A stretch of DNA of 63,647 nucleotides, filler included, from Polymyxa betae A26-41 (lineage: Eukaryota > Protista > Endomyxa: Phytomyxea): assembly GCA_003693705.1 (NCBI GenBank). It is 6 parts of 6 records of this genome, joined end to end, with 100 filler letters (N's around TTAATTAATTAA, not from the genome) between each part and the next. Parts side by side here need not be neighbours in the genome. Positions count along the whole stretch, not along the records: positions 1 to 15,910 come from RBZT01000433.1; 5 more parts are not named here. The stretch is one strand, 5' to 3'. Made by a program: the position numbers and the translations under genes. Positions 1 to 12,724 of this stretch are shown here, one piece after another. The notes under the pieces are model-generated. The model did no database searches. It saw only the letters and a list, made by a program, of their open reading frames with translations, and was not told the DNA's origin. How positions within the stretch are numbered: position 1 is the stretch's first letter; each line of letters opens with the position of its first letter.

Positions 1-73
1 TGGGTCTCGCACCCGATAATCCGCTTTCTGAATTTTTTTTGCAACAGGGAAAAAAGTTTTCTCAGAAAGTCCA

Positions 74-679
74 ATGTCAAAAAAGAAGATAAAAAATTGG
101 GTGACGGATTTTGATAATGCGCTTCATAAGATGCATCGAGAAGTGCAGGATAAGTCTGCAAAACAGCGAGCGCAGACGAGAGCGCAGAAGGACCATTTTC
201 GAAGATTTCCGAATTTCCACGTTGGTGATTATGTCCTGATAGGCCTACCAGAGCCAAGTGTAGCTGGAAGAAAGCTATTTCTCAAATGGAGAGGCCCATA
301 CCAAATCACGGACACACGAAATAATTTTGTATTTGAAGTTGAAAATATAATTGATAGAAGTAAACAAATCGTCCAAAGAGACAGAGTGCGCTTCTATGAT
401 GATAAATTTAATGTTACAGAAATTAAAGCGCAGTTTTCGCATGATAATTTCTCCTATGAAGTGATGGAGTTTAGAGGATGCCGAATGAGTCCTGAGACTG
501 GGAAATTACAATTTTTGGTTGAATGGAAAGGTTTTAGTACTGCAGAAGATTCCTGGGAAGATCTGGAAAAGCTGTTTGTGGACGTACCTGTATTAGTCGC
601 GAAATATGTGAAGAAGTTGAAGTCAGAAAATCACGATTTAACAGAAGAGGTTACAAGATATATTAACCAGAAGAGTTGA
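74..679 (+). mobile_element. Ty3/Gypsy chromovirus integrase C-terminus (GPY/F motif + chromodomain), 5'-truncated by the window edge
   Basis: KWRGPYQIT GPY/F motif followed by chromodomain YEV...FLVEWKGFSTAEDSWE; polypurine tract GAAGGAGGGGAA at 847-858 directly before TG at 859. Confidence 0.9.
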
Positions 680-858
680 TTGTCGGGAGCCAAGCTTTTC
701 CCACTGGATTTTTAATGCGATATTCTGAAGTCAGCTATAGAAGAATGAACTTAAAAACATTGAGTTTAGCAAAATCAACATTTTATTAAGTTTTTATTGT
801 GTGTTAGAAGAGGTTTCACTAGAAGGAAGAGAGGGAAGCTAATTTTGAAGGAGGGGAA

Positions 859-1113
859 TGTATCAACTTATATTTTCTTCTAATGAAGTAATAAATACTG
901 CGTCACAGCGCACTATTTAAACCAGATTGCGATACTACCCAAATGGTAACAAAAGGGTTTCAAGTCAAGACCGCCGGAATCTGAAGGGCCCCAAGCCCTG
1001 AATCACGTTCCNNNNNNNNNNNNNNNNNNNNNNNNNNNNNNNNNNNNNNNNNNNNNNNNNNNNNNNNACAGCACTAACTCCAACGACTATCACGTTGTAG
1101 TAGAAGTGCTATA
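859..1113 (+). repeat. 3' LTR of the chromovirus (spans an N-gap)
   Basis: Starts TGTAT right after the PPT; ends ACAGCACTA...GTGCTATA. Start, end and an internal TCACGTTCC resemble the LTR at 14091-14358 (minus strand). Confidence 0.65.
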
Positions 1114-2939
1114 GGTTAGGCGTTATCGATGGAACACTGGTCAAGATCCAAAGACCTAGTGACTTGGATGTTTCACTGGAGCGCCGTTTCTACACTGGTC
1201 GCAAGAAGATTTATGCCTTCAACAATACCACTGTGGTCGACCATGATGGCTTGATCATCTATCTTGATCCTGGTTTCCCAGGGTCTTATCATGATGTTAC
1301 GATTTTACGTCAGTCTGATCTTTTTGATAACTGGCGACAGTACTTTCACCATAACGACGACTCTTTCGAATAGGTGATGGGAGATCGTAAGCACCACCAC
1401 TGTATACACCGAAGATTTGAGCTAATTGTTTTATGCCAAATGTTTATAATGAGAGGAGTCGACCAGCGGGGGGCTGTGGATGTTATTGGGCCTGCATTAG
1501 ATGCCTATAACAGGGTTCACGCTGGGAAGAGGATTGAAGTCGAATGGGGAATCGGCGGGCTGAAGATGAAATGGAAAATCCTGAACGGCACCTGGACAAA
1601 TCGGAGGCAGAAGTTTGTCACTACCATGAGAGCCTGTGCCATCCTAACTAATTTTCTCCCCCGGCGTCGGATGAATATGACGGTTGAAGAAGCTTTTGCT
1701 GCAGTCGGTGGAGCCTGGGGTGACGAGCTGCCAGATCAAGATGATTAGGTATAGAGTTGATTCTTCAACTTTTATTTCAATTTAGTGAGAAGGCGATTCG
1801 CCTGAGCCCGGAATTCTGTCTCATCGATCAGGCCGTGATCGTTTTGGAATACCAACAAATCGAGCTCTGCTTTGATTGCGAGCTTCGACCGACGTAACAC
1901 TTCTTGTTCGTCGATAGCAGTGATTGGGGCATTACGGCGTTGCTTAAAAGCATGCAGTTCGGATTGCTGGTGGAAGAACCTCTCCTGCATACGGTAACAT
2001 TTGAGTTTGCAACCTCCTCAGCAACTTTCTCAATTGCTGCTGTGCAGCGAGAGCGACTCGCTTTACGAGTCATGTCTAACTCGACTACCTCGCACGATGA
2101 TGTTGCTGCTGATTCATCCGCCTTCCGCTTCTTTGTGGGTGTAGCATGAACTTCCTGTATGGTTTGAAATCGTTTTTCTGCCATTTAGTGAGAGGCGTAG
2201 ACGTCAGGAGATTTCAGCAGAGGAATAATATCGACCGGTTGAAGCTCCGGTTTGGCATTATTTTCTCCATCGGCGGTCCCAGGATTCAACTCTTTCAAGA
2301 AGTTTGTCAAATTCGTTTTTCGGCGACGATCAGACAGATCGCACCCTTCGAATAATTGAACCGAGATGTCCTTTTCAACTTATTCGGAAGCTTTTGATCA
2401 GGCCGTCTCTTTTTTTTAATGTTGATGTTTTATTAGGATCTAAAGATATAAACAGACGATTGATAGTACCTTTACAGAACGCTTCGAAATGATTCTGTTA
2501 AGAAAGAGCCATAGCGTTCATAAGAGCTGGAGTAACTCGCTGGGCACGAGCTGGCGTTGTAGTTTTTTCTACAGCAGAAGCCTCCTTCGATGCCGGGCTC
2601 TTTTCAGCGCTTGAAGTGCAACTACTCTTAACATAGCTTGCCGTTATCGTGTGTCCACCATTAAAGTTAATGGGGATAAGATCGTAAACTGACATTGCAT
2701 AAAAATCAGGGCTGCCGTTCAGCCTAGGAGAAATCATGGCACCGGTCAAGTCCATAGTCGTAGTAAATAAAAAGGTATCTTTTGAAAAAGAAGAAGAGGT
2801 ATCTTTTTGGAGCATTTTATCTTTTGCAAATGATACGTTATCAGCTTCGGTATTATTTATAAACAGATCCGCAGAAATTTAGTCCGAAGGTAACATTCCA
2901 AAAACTAAGGTATCTTTTACTCCTTTTACGGACAGCTCT
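1114..2939 (+). mobile_element. PIF/Harbinger element A, left end lost: DDE_Tnp_4 transposase remnant (about 1120-1748, +) and convergent accessory ORF remnants (about 1772-2520, -)
   Basis: VIDGTLVKIQRP, YTGRKKIYAFN, PGFPGSYHD, IEVEWGIGGLKMKW motifs with stops/frameshifts; right terminus TTTACGGACAGCTCT followed by ATT. Confidence 0.85.
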
Positions 2940-3894
2940 ATTGAACCCTCTTATTATATTCCGGTATCCACCAGCTCATCCACTGCGCGGCCATCAGACA
3001 TTGCTGTACGTCCCGAGCAGTGCGTGGTTGTGGAATTGCTTGCAGTGCCTCAATCCTAATTGGGTCAGGCCGTACCCCATCAGGGGTGAATATTCTCCCA
3101 CAAAACTTCGCTCTAGGTGTGAACAATTCACATTTATTCAGATTAAACTTTATCTCGTGTATTTCTGCCAATTTAAGTGTAACTTCTCGAGATGTGAACC
3201 ACGCTTCAAGTGAGTTCGAATATCCTAAAAGGTCATCAATCCACACAATTAGAGAGTCATTCAATAGGCCTTCGAGCATTTCAGACATCCTCGCCTGAAA
3301 TTGCGTAGCCGAATTTAATGCCCCCTGAATTGATCTCTTCGGCGTATACACAGCTCGATCAGTCATGAAAGAGAACATTTCCTGGCATTCCTCAGCCAAA
3401 GGCATCATCCAGAAACACTTGAACGCATCAATTTAAACCTGAATTCCGATCCAGCGAGTTTATTAACTACTGCTTCCAAAAATGGCATAGACCATGCAGT
3501 TCGCTCGCAAAATGCGTTAACTGCCGTCAAGTCAACCACCATTCTCCTGCTATTGTCAGACTTCCTCACGACGACAACACGTGATGCCCATTCGGAATTC
3601 GGATTTTCCTCGATCAACCCATTTTTCATCAGTTCATCAGGAAACTGTAATAAAAATTGGCTGTCCTCAGGACTAGAGCGCCGGCTTTTACATCTATATG
3701 GCCGGGCATTCGGAAGTAGTCGGGTGACAAATGGCGTCACTTTGGCAGCTGGGTCTGGCCCTACATGCATTCGCCAAATGTTCTGATACCTCCTCATCAA
3801 TATCTCAAGCTTACTGAGCCAATACTCTGGAAGTCCATTCTGCTTTGCATTCATCAAAATACTCTAAATTCCGTCAATGATATCCTCATGTATT
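2940..3894 (-). pseudogene. Ty3/Gypsy reverse transcriptase fragment (frameshift at about 3405)
   Basis: SEWASRVVVVRK, RMVVDL, QGALNSATQFQ, VWIDDLL, FNLNKCELF...FCGRIFTPDGVRPDP. Confidence 0.9.
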
Positions 3895-6217
3895 AAACCT
3901 ATCCGTTAAAGGAACCTAACTTTGACGTGCAAAAGTTTTGACTCGCCTAGTTTTGCTACTTTCCGTTATAGCTCCAAAGTTTGGTATGCCGCCAGTCACA
4001 TCATACAAAACCTGGGCGGCGCCCGTTGCAATCTTTTTAACAAAAAAATATGATGAGCGATAGTGACAGCGATGAATCGCTGAACGAAATACTCGATCAG
4101 CAAGTTGTAATGCTGATAGCCGCAGCAACTACAGCTGCGAACACCGAAGCCTTTTTAATGACGAGGAGATGATTATGGAAAATGAAAATTACGTCGATCC
4201 TGATGAAGGCGTTCGCGATCAACTCGCTATTATTAAAAAAGCCCTCGCTTTTTTAAGTGATGACAAATTTCACTAATTCTGAGTTTGAGGAGCTTTCTAA
4301 GTTTATATGTCCCGTTTTGGCAACTACTGCTCGAACAACCGGGCAAGTCAGAGGACTGTTTGGGCACCAACCAAAACTTTCCCCACAGCAACGTTTTCTG
4401 CATTTCATTTTGTATATGAAGCACGATAACACGGTAGTTTGCGCCGCCCAAGAATTCAACTATTCGAAATCGTCGGCATGCGATGATTCGATCTTCGCCG
4501 CATCCGTTATTAACTTCACTTTGGCGCATGAGATCAGATGACCATCACCGGAAGAACGTAGATCTTTGGCAGCTCGTACTAACTTCCATGGATGCATTGG
4601 GTTCATCAATGAGACCCTCGTTCAAATCCGTAAGCCAAAAAGCAAACAATTTGGTGATATCCACAGTCTCTGGTACAATGGACGGAAGTCGATGTACTGT
4701 GTAGACAATACAGTAGTTGTAGATCACGATGGCTTATATATCTACGTGGATCCAGGATATCCTGGAACATTTCATGACATCAATTGCTTGCGCAGATCTG
4801 ATCTATTTCAAAACTGGCGCCAGCACTTTGTACATACCGAAGAAAACATTGAATATCTTTTGGGAGACCCAGGTTATGTTGGAAAAGAGATGTTTATTAT
4901 GCATCGAATGCGACAGCGCGACCAAATACGAAATGGTCAGAATATGGACGCCATTGATGCTTTCAACGCTGCTCACTGTGGGATGATAGTTCCCGTTGAA
5001 TGGGGCATCGGGGGAATGAAGCGAAAGTGGCGTAAGCTAATGAAGCAATTCGACTGTACAATCGGGAAGTTCACTCACCTCTTTCGCGCATGCGCCATTC
5101 TCACAAATTTCCTTCAACGACGCCGCCATGATATGCGAACATATCAGGAAGGAGCAGGCGTGGACGATGATGGCTGGGATGACGCTGATGACGAGAAAGT
5201 AAACCTAAATGTTAAGAATAAAACGAACGGTTTTAAAAATAAAGATTTAAAAATTGAAAAGAAGCGTTTTCGCTTTGTTGCTCAATTCCACCTGAGTCAA
5301 ATGGCCCAGCGATAGGCCTTGTTTTAGCTTCTCTAACGTCGCCAAGTCTGACATATGACGAAGCAGTTCGCTTTGAACATCACGAATCGATGCATAATTC
5401 GCGCTCAAAGTGGCAATCGATGTCGCCTGGGTGTTCAAGATCTGGGCCTTGGTAGGCTGCGGTGGTTTCACATCCTTCGTCTCAACTACATCCGCAGGGG
5501 TTTTAGTAGTGACCATTGCAGCAGCTAACCGATCTTGCTCAGCTAGAATGTTGCGTTTGGCATGGCCGTTAGATTGTTTAACGACCTGCTCATAATACTC
5601 TACAGGTTGCAGAGCCACCTTCCCAGATTTATCATCTGTATCGCCGGTTTGCAGCTGCTGCTTTTCGGTTCGAATGTAATGTCGAAGTTGCTCTTCGGAT
5701 AGAGTACATTCAGGAAACTGATTTTTATAATCGTTGTATATCTAATACAAGAAAGTTAGCTCAAAGGTTCATTTTGTCTTTTGAGTTAGGTTGTACCTTG
5801 GGCCATATTTGTTTCGGGATTAACTGCTTCCCAGACTTCTTTCTTTTTACAGAGCAGGAGTTGTAATGAACGCCATGCGAGGACATTAAAACGCTGATCT
5901 TGAAAAAATTTACTGTGAAGCCCACCAGTTTTCATCTTCTTCGCTGGAGGCAAAATCAACACATCTTTAACAACCTCGGTATCAGAGCTACGATCACTCA
6001 TTCTAATTGGCAAAGATAAATAAGCAACTTCAGAAGTTATGCTGTATTGATTAACGAGAGGCCAAAGCTTGTCCAACACTTTTAGACCAGGCTTTTGGTG
6101 GGTTGCAAACTTTGCACCCAGCTTTGAAAGGACGGGCAGCAAGAGGCCATCCCCGCCCAGTTTTGGGCTCAAACCTGTGTGACTCGCCAAACTTCAGCCA
6201 GCTTAACGGATAGGTTT
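3895..6217 (+). mobile_element. Full-length PIF/Harbinger element B (2323 bp): decayed transposase about 4175-5200 (+) and intron-containing Myb/SANT-like partner about 6002-5247 (-)
   Basis: Perfect 15-bp TIRs AAACCTATCCGTTAA (3895-3909) / TTAACGGATAGGTTT (6203-6217); ATT target duplication (3892-3894, 6218-6220); PGYPGTFHD, LLGDPGY, VEWGIGGMKRKW motifs; GT-AG intron 5742-5796 in the partner gene. Confidence 0.93.
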
Positions 6218-6220
6218 ATT

Positions 6221-7745
6221 ATCTCAGGAATAATGTAATCATCATCATCATCACTGCAGGTTTCCCTGTTTATTCAACCTCAACCACTCGGCCTTGATTC
6301 TTCTTGGTCAGAATCAGCGCATCCAGCGTACGTTTCGGCTCAATTCCGAGTGTCTCTAACAAATCACTACCCAGTATGATTTCTTCACTAGGGACATCCC
6401 AGATCACCCACTGGCGTCTACGAGTGATCAGCTCACCGGCTTTTGTGCGCAACATCAAGTTTACACAGACAAAATCCGTGGCCAGAATGTCAGTCTCCTG
6501 ATCACCTAACCTCAGTCGAACTGGCTCAGAGAGTTTCCGTAACGAAATTGTTGGGTCGTTCATCATCGTCTTTTCTGCGATACTCCGTGGTATCAAAAAC
6601 ACCCCAATATCTCCGCTATCCAATATGGCAGGAAAATACAAGCTATCATTAATCCTCAAAAGCACTTCACTGCTATTATTCTCTGCTCCAATCTTACAAA
6701 CATGTAAATAGTTGAAATTCTTCTTTGATGCATTTTTGGATTTGATAATATTAAAGCCCTCTCCTGCTTTGACAGGTTCTTCGGACATTTGAAAACCGGG
6801 TGTCCGAGATCATGACAGCCATAACACTTCAACGGCTTCTTCCCAGTCTTCCATCTGATTCGCGGGGCTGCTTCGTCGATGCCCCTTCACCTTTTCGTCT
6901 TTGGTTACATTTTGGCGTTTACTTGGAGGTGCGCCCCCGTCCGATGATAAACGGACGTTTCTCGATAATAGACGGACACCTCATGTAGTAACTTCAAGAT
7001 CGCCGCAGTATCCTTCGACAGATGAGCTTCACGATGAATGATCACTCATCATCCTCTTCAAAACCTTTCTGCTCAACCGCGTTCAGGAGAAATTTCACCT
7101 GACGCTTTTTGCCTTCCGGATCAACAATTAGGCGTTCCCATCCGTTCTCCTTCACGAATCGGTGGAATTGCACAATCAGATCAATGACACGAGCGCCTGC
7201 CAACTCGATTGTCATCTTCATCTTCAGTTGTCCCATCTTCCGGTCCAGGAGGACATCCCGTGACTTGCCATCACGAAGTTCACTCGACATCCATTCCTCA
7301 AGGTCTTTGTCGATGACTTTAAAAAATGATTTGCCAACGGAATATAGACAAATCGTCTAAAGAAAGACTGGTTCCAACATCGACACCAGCGACCTCCACC
7401 GGGTACTATCCAAGCCCGCCTCAAAATGGACTCGGATGTATTTTTCCGTTTTGAACCTGAAGGATGTCCTTCCAGTCAGCAGTCCTCATATTGGAGCCTT
7501 GTTAGTCTCCAGAACAGCCAGATTTCCTGAAGCAAATCTTGGCTCATTTTCTGATGTTTCTGCTCCAGATCCTCATTCGTCGATCCCGTAGTGATTTCGG
7601 AGTCGACTACCTTAACGTGATTTTCATCCTCATAATCAGAATCAGTCACTTCATCAATAGTGCAGCCATTGCCTGTCATCATTGACTTGCGACTTTCAGC
7701 TCTCAAAGAATTCTTTGTAGCGGTTTCGCCTCGAGAAAGCGACAC
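6221..7745 (-). pseudogene. Ty3/Gypsy gag-protease region of the same element as the RT at 2940-3894
   Basis: CCHC knuckle CYGCHDLGHPVFKC at about 6786-6827; aspartic protease FPAILDSG; reading frame joins the RT ORF once Harbinger B is removed. Confidence 0.85.
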
Positions 7746-8143
7746 GTTTTAATAAAGCGTTGAATTGGATTGTGTTTTATTGGGATTCAATTTCATGTCT
7801 GAAGCCTCGTTCAGGCCATTCCAGAGTAGTTCCGGACATTCCGGACTCCGAGAGCGACTCACGCAGTCTCTGCCGTCACTGGGACACCAGTGGCGAGAGT
7901 CGNNACTCCGAGAGCGACTCACGCAGTCTCTGCCGTCACTGGGACACCAGTGGCGAGAGTCGGTTCTCCCAGTGACAATTCGGACTCCGTGAGATACTTC
8001 CTTAAGATCAGTCCGCAGGATCAATCCGCCTAGTGGGTTGACCTAGTTTCCTAATAGTCTCAGATCTGAGACAGCTAACAGTCCATACTGGTAGTAATTA
8101 CTGGTCTTANNGCACCATACAGCGTACGGAGGTTTAGAGAACC

Positions 8144-9170
8144 TCAAATCTGATACAAAACTATCGTGGAGACGGAGGCCGAGTAGTCAGAAACGCTTGA
8201 GGTTGTATTACGACGTTGGTACTCCTGAATGGCACGCAGCGCAGGACAGTTCAATGAGATGTGTCCCTCATCGACACAGTACATGCACAAACCCAGACGA
8301 CGACGGCAGTCTTTCTCTTCATGATTGAGCCGAGGGTGAGGGCCTTGACGAGACGATGCAACATCAATAACCATTGGATCAACTGCGCTGAGTGACTGAG
8401 GACGGGGAGCGGGAGGAGCTGCCACTTGATTTTGGCTTGAAAGAGGACGTTGGGCGGGGGCAAAAGCTGACGAACGAGGCTGCATGAGGCCAATTCGCGA
8501 TCGATTACGCTACGACAAGCGTAGGCCGGCTGGGTTGGCGTTGGTGATAAGCTTTGACAATGTATTCGCTTCCGGAAATGAGCAAGGCAGGTCTTGGACA
8601 TCCTCGTTCAATCCCTGCAGGAAGAGACAGCAAGCGAAGTGTTAATCCCAACTGGAGTCCGCTACCACTAATTGAAACTCCGAGGCGTAGGCCGATACAG
8701 GGCGCCGACCTTGCCGGGTGTGCTGGAGCTTCCAGTCAGCATGCTGACGTAAGAGAGGGTCATCGAACCGGGCCTTGAGTGCTGCTAAAAAGGCTTCGAA
8801 GTCGTCGAGCAGGGGGACGTTGGATTCGAACAGCGGTGAATACCAGTCTGGAGCGTGGCCAGAGAGAAGGCAACCAATAAAGAGAGCGCGATGTCGGCCG
8901 GTGGTGTACGTACGAGGTCGTTGCTGGATAATTAGGCGGACTTGGTTGATGAATCCTCGAAGCCGGTGTTTTGATCCATCGAACGGGGGGTGGGTTAGGA
9001 ACAGCAAGCTCCTTTCGCGTTGGGGCGTTCTGAGTCACCGTCATGACCTGGACATTCTCGGCCTGCTGGAGGCGTGCCATCGACTGTTGCTGCTGTTGAG
9101 CGCCTGAATTTGGCCTTGTTGCTGGGGCAAAACGTTTTGCAGAGCTTGAATATCGGTGTCCATTTCTTGT
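8144..9170 (-). pseudogene. Ty3/Gypsy gag (Retrotrans_gag + CCHC knuckle), frameshifted
   Basis: PPFDGSKHRLRGFINQ...LLSGHAPDWY...FLAALKARFDDP...RQGRRPVSAYASEF; LCMYCVDEGHISLNCP. Confidence 0.9.
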
Positions 9171-9307
9171 GGCAGAGTCTTGTTTGTAAACGAGTCTTGG
9201 CTTGTACTTTTCTTGGCCGGGAAGGTCTTGACTTGGTCTCGAAATCAGGAATAGTCTTTACTTGGCTTGAGAGCAGGGCAGGTCTTGGTGAAGGAATCCG
9301 ATAATAA

Positions 9308-9603
9308 TGTCAGGGCGGATACTATTGAAGGGTCAAAGGCAGGAGACGGAGCGAAATCAATGATGTTGTTTATGAAAGGAGATTATCGGAATGAAGGGAT
9401 TCTGGCCTGGAGAGGATCTTAACCTCTTACATACTCGTTGGGAAGTTCTAAGAATGCTCCAGTTACTAGCAGGAAAGTCCGTGGAAAGTCCGTGGGCTAG
9501 TTAACTTGATTCTCAGAGTCAGCTCTGTGGAAGCTTCTACTGGAGAGACTTCTGGTGGCGGCGAGGCCTCTGTTGGTCGCTGTCAAGGGCTGCGCCCCTG
9601 ACA
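9308..9603 (-). repeat. 5' LTR (296 bp) of the Gypsy element at 8144-9170
   Basis: TG...CA ends with inverted termini TGTCAGGGCG / CGCCCCTGACA; interrupts a Harbinger transposase at its GW motif. Confidence 0.85.
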
Positions 9604-9989
9604 ATCCAGCCAAGACAAACAAATTTCAAATCGAATGAGCATGAAGCTAGAACATTCTGGCTGTAATACCCTTTGCGATTCCGAAAAGGATCTACACATC
9701 CCTTCTGGGGCTTTGCTGGGATATGTGTTCCATCCAAGGCTACAACACAGTCTCTTAAATAAGGAAAGAACCGGGGACCATTTTTGATTTCATCTGGCAC
9801 AATGCCAATGCCAGGAAGATCAATAGCATCCGGCCCCAATGCGACAATTGCATTGAAACATCGTAAAAATAACTGAATTTCATTAAAAGACAATATTAAT
9901 GAAATTGCATAGATTTGGTTACTTATTTGTCGTCCAACCGCATCGTTGAAAACGTTCTTGACATTCTCGATTCGCGGCGTTCTGTCGAA
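9604..9989 (-). pseudogene. Plant-type PIF/Harbinger transposase fragment, interrupted on both sides
   Basis: PRFFPYLRDCVVALDGTHIP...FRNRKGYYSQNVLASCSFDLKF..GW. Confidence 0.88.
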
Positions 9990-9992
9990 TAA

Positions 9993-12720
9993 GAGCATGA
10001 ACAGCGGTTGCGTGATTCCAGGCGTGATTGCCGAATTTGCCCCCATTGGCGCATGCGTTAAAATTTCTCATCTCCCATCGGTGCGTTTCTTCGTGCTCTC
10101 GTATTCACGCAGGGTGAATCCATGCGTGAAGCTGAGCGCATAGATTCCTGCATGCGTAATAAACAATTTCGAAACGTTTTGGTTCTGTTTCTACTCGTTT
10201 TCGTAGAATTTCATCGAAATGGCCCCACGATTCAGCTCCGATGAGGATCGGCGATTATGTTCGGCTTGGATTGATATTTCCCAGGATCCTATAAAAGGGA
10301 ATAATCAGAAGCGGGATGAGCTCTGGATCAACATTGCGAATATGTTTAATGCCAACCTTGAGGAAGACCAAGAGGGTTTTCGTAACCAGGAGCAATTATA
10401 TCACCGATTCAGGGTCAGCCTGATTTTAATAGGATTACATGTTCACATTGCGAATTCATTTTCCATCTAGGCAATCCAAACATCGGTAAATAAATATATT
10501 TCCAGTGTTCTATTAGCTCAGTCGAAATATCAATCTGGGTGGAATGATGCTGACTATCATCGTAAAGCTAAAGCACTCTACGAAACAACAGAGAAAAAGG
10601 AATTCCAGCCTGATCACTGCTACGAGATTCTACAGCGTGTGGAAAAATTCAAAACAGAGACTGCGGTTTCCGAAAAGAAACTAGAATCTGTCGAATGGGA
10701 GTAGTTCAGCCCCCCAAGGCAACGATAGTGGGATGAAAACCCCATCCAGACCGATGGGCAGAAAGCAAGCCAAGCGATTATCTTGTTCCACGCCTGATGC
10801 AGGATTCAAGGGCAAACCGAGGCAGCACAAGCGGCTGCTCCGAAAGATCGCGCGATTTCGACCGAGCTTAATGAGCATCGCAGCATGATATTGCGACGCC
10901 TCGCTGCGGCTTCGGCGGGCCCCCCGGGGCCGGATCCTTTCATGCAACTTGACAAGGCTCGCGCTAAAGAAGAGCTGCGTGATCGCCAGCTAGCCATCGT
11001 TCGCAAGCGACTGGAGTTTCGAAAGCTTCATGAAAACTTGGGATTGCCGCAATCTGTGGAATCGCAAGGTACGGGTCAATGCGACCCTTGATCTAGTCAC
11101 CAGGTCCAGGAAAGTCTGCATGATGAATTCTTCCACTCTGTCACTCGTGAATGAATTAGAGATTGATGACTGTTTTCACAATGAACTGGTATTGTTAGGG
11201 TTAGGAACTTCAGGTTGAGCTCAATTACTGGCAATATTCATCCCCGAATCGATTCCAGATGTAGTCGATTAGTGCTAGTTGAAGCCGTGTGTGTTTCTGT
11301 TTGCTTCGCAACTCACGGATTCGTTGGGCTTGTGATGATAATGTCGCAGGCATGTCCTGACAGCTTTCTTCAACAACAAAAGGGTCTTCTGGTTGATAAT
11401 GTTCATCGCTCTTTATAAAATCCGAATCCAAACCAAGATCCTGCGCAAATCAACTGAGCTGATGAAGCAAGATATCAAAATTGAGATACCTTCTCATAAT
11501 CAATGATGAGGTTATGCAGGATTACACACGAGCTTTGATTACAGTGGCCATAGCATTCCGATCCCACAGCTCACACGGTTTCGTCAGAACGTGGAATCTA
11601 CTTTGCAGAATGCCGAATGCTCGTTCGATATCTTTACGAACACCTCCATGCTTCCTAGCAAACAATTTCGTTTTCCTGCTAGAGGGGTTACGAACGGTTT
11701 TCACGATACAAGCATGTTCAGGATAAATTCCATCTCCTAGCCAGTAGGCGAAATTGAATCTCTGACCATTTACTTCAAACTTGACTGATGGAGACTGGTC
11801 ATTGATAATATCATTGTAAAGATGCAACCTAGCGATACTTTGGTGATAGGGACGTAAACCGAGAATCATATTACCTATTAGCATGTTAATATCATTGAGA
11901 CATCCGGGAGTTCCGAAGAAGAAGTGCCAGAATCGACAGCTTTTGTCAGCTATGGCTTCCAGAATGATGGTCGGTCCGTCTTCTTTGCCTGAAGTAAACT
12001 GTCCCTGCCATGAAGTCGGGCAATTTTTGGATCGCCAGTGCATGCAATCAAAACCTCCCAAGCAGCCAGGAAACCCTTGAGATAAAATTTCCTCCAGAAT
12101 GCGGTTAATATCGCTTGTAAATTGGCGACCGTAATGCCACGCTGCAATAGATTCGGTCACTGAATTGACAAAATCTTTTGAGGCACTCCAGAGCGGTAGA
12201 TTTAACCATCCTGTAAGCTAACCGAAATTCGTTGGCCGAAGCACCGCTTGAAAGGATGCGAAAGCTACAGCAAATCTTTTGGTGAGGTGAAAACCCCAAA
12301 AGGTTGGTGCAATCACGCTTCTGGAGGAAATAATCATCATCTTTGACTACGGCTTCAAGGACCTCGTTGAATAAACCCAATGGCATCCGGTATGAACAGG
12401 ATTCGCTGACCAGTAATCTTTTTTCAGCAGGCGATCTAAAGTTCGCGTCGCCGAGGTTTGGACTACGATCCTTGCCAGCCCGCCTTGAAGAAAAAGGGTA
12501 CTCCATGTCGCTGCTTGATTCGGAACTAAAAGCCATAATCATAGGCAAAGACGAGAAGCTATATCTTGATATCATCTCCAAATATTGCAGATACGCCTCA
12601 ATTGCAGCTTCAACGCTTCGCGGGTCCATTGAAAAAAAAATCAATTCACGCACGACTATATGATTGTGCAGCTGGGAAACAAGGGGATTTGCGTGATAAT
12701 CTATGCGTGATTGGTGCATG
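9993..12720. mobile_element. Pong-like (PIF superfamily) element copy 1: Myb-like ORF1 10219-11091 (+) and Plant_tran transposase about 12629-11225 (-), decayed
   Basis: TAA + terminus GAGCATGAACAGCGGTTGCGTGAT; ORF1 FSSDEDRRLCSAWIDISQDP; transposase GFPGCLGGFDCMHWRSKNCP, PTIILEAIAD, YWLGDGIYP, RKDIERAFGILQSRF. Confidence 0.9.
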
Positions 12721-12724
12721 AATA

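Noticed and set aside
7845-7962. Perfect 58-bp direct repeat separated by NN
   Set aside because: Identical copies flanking a gap indicate an unmerged contig overlap
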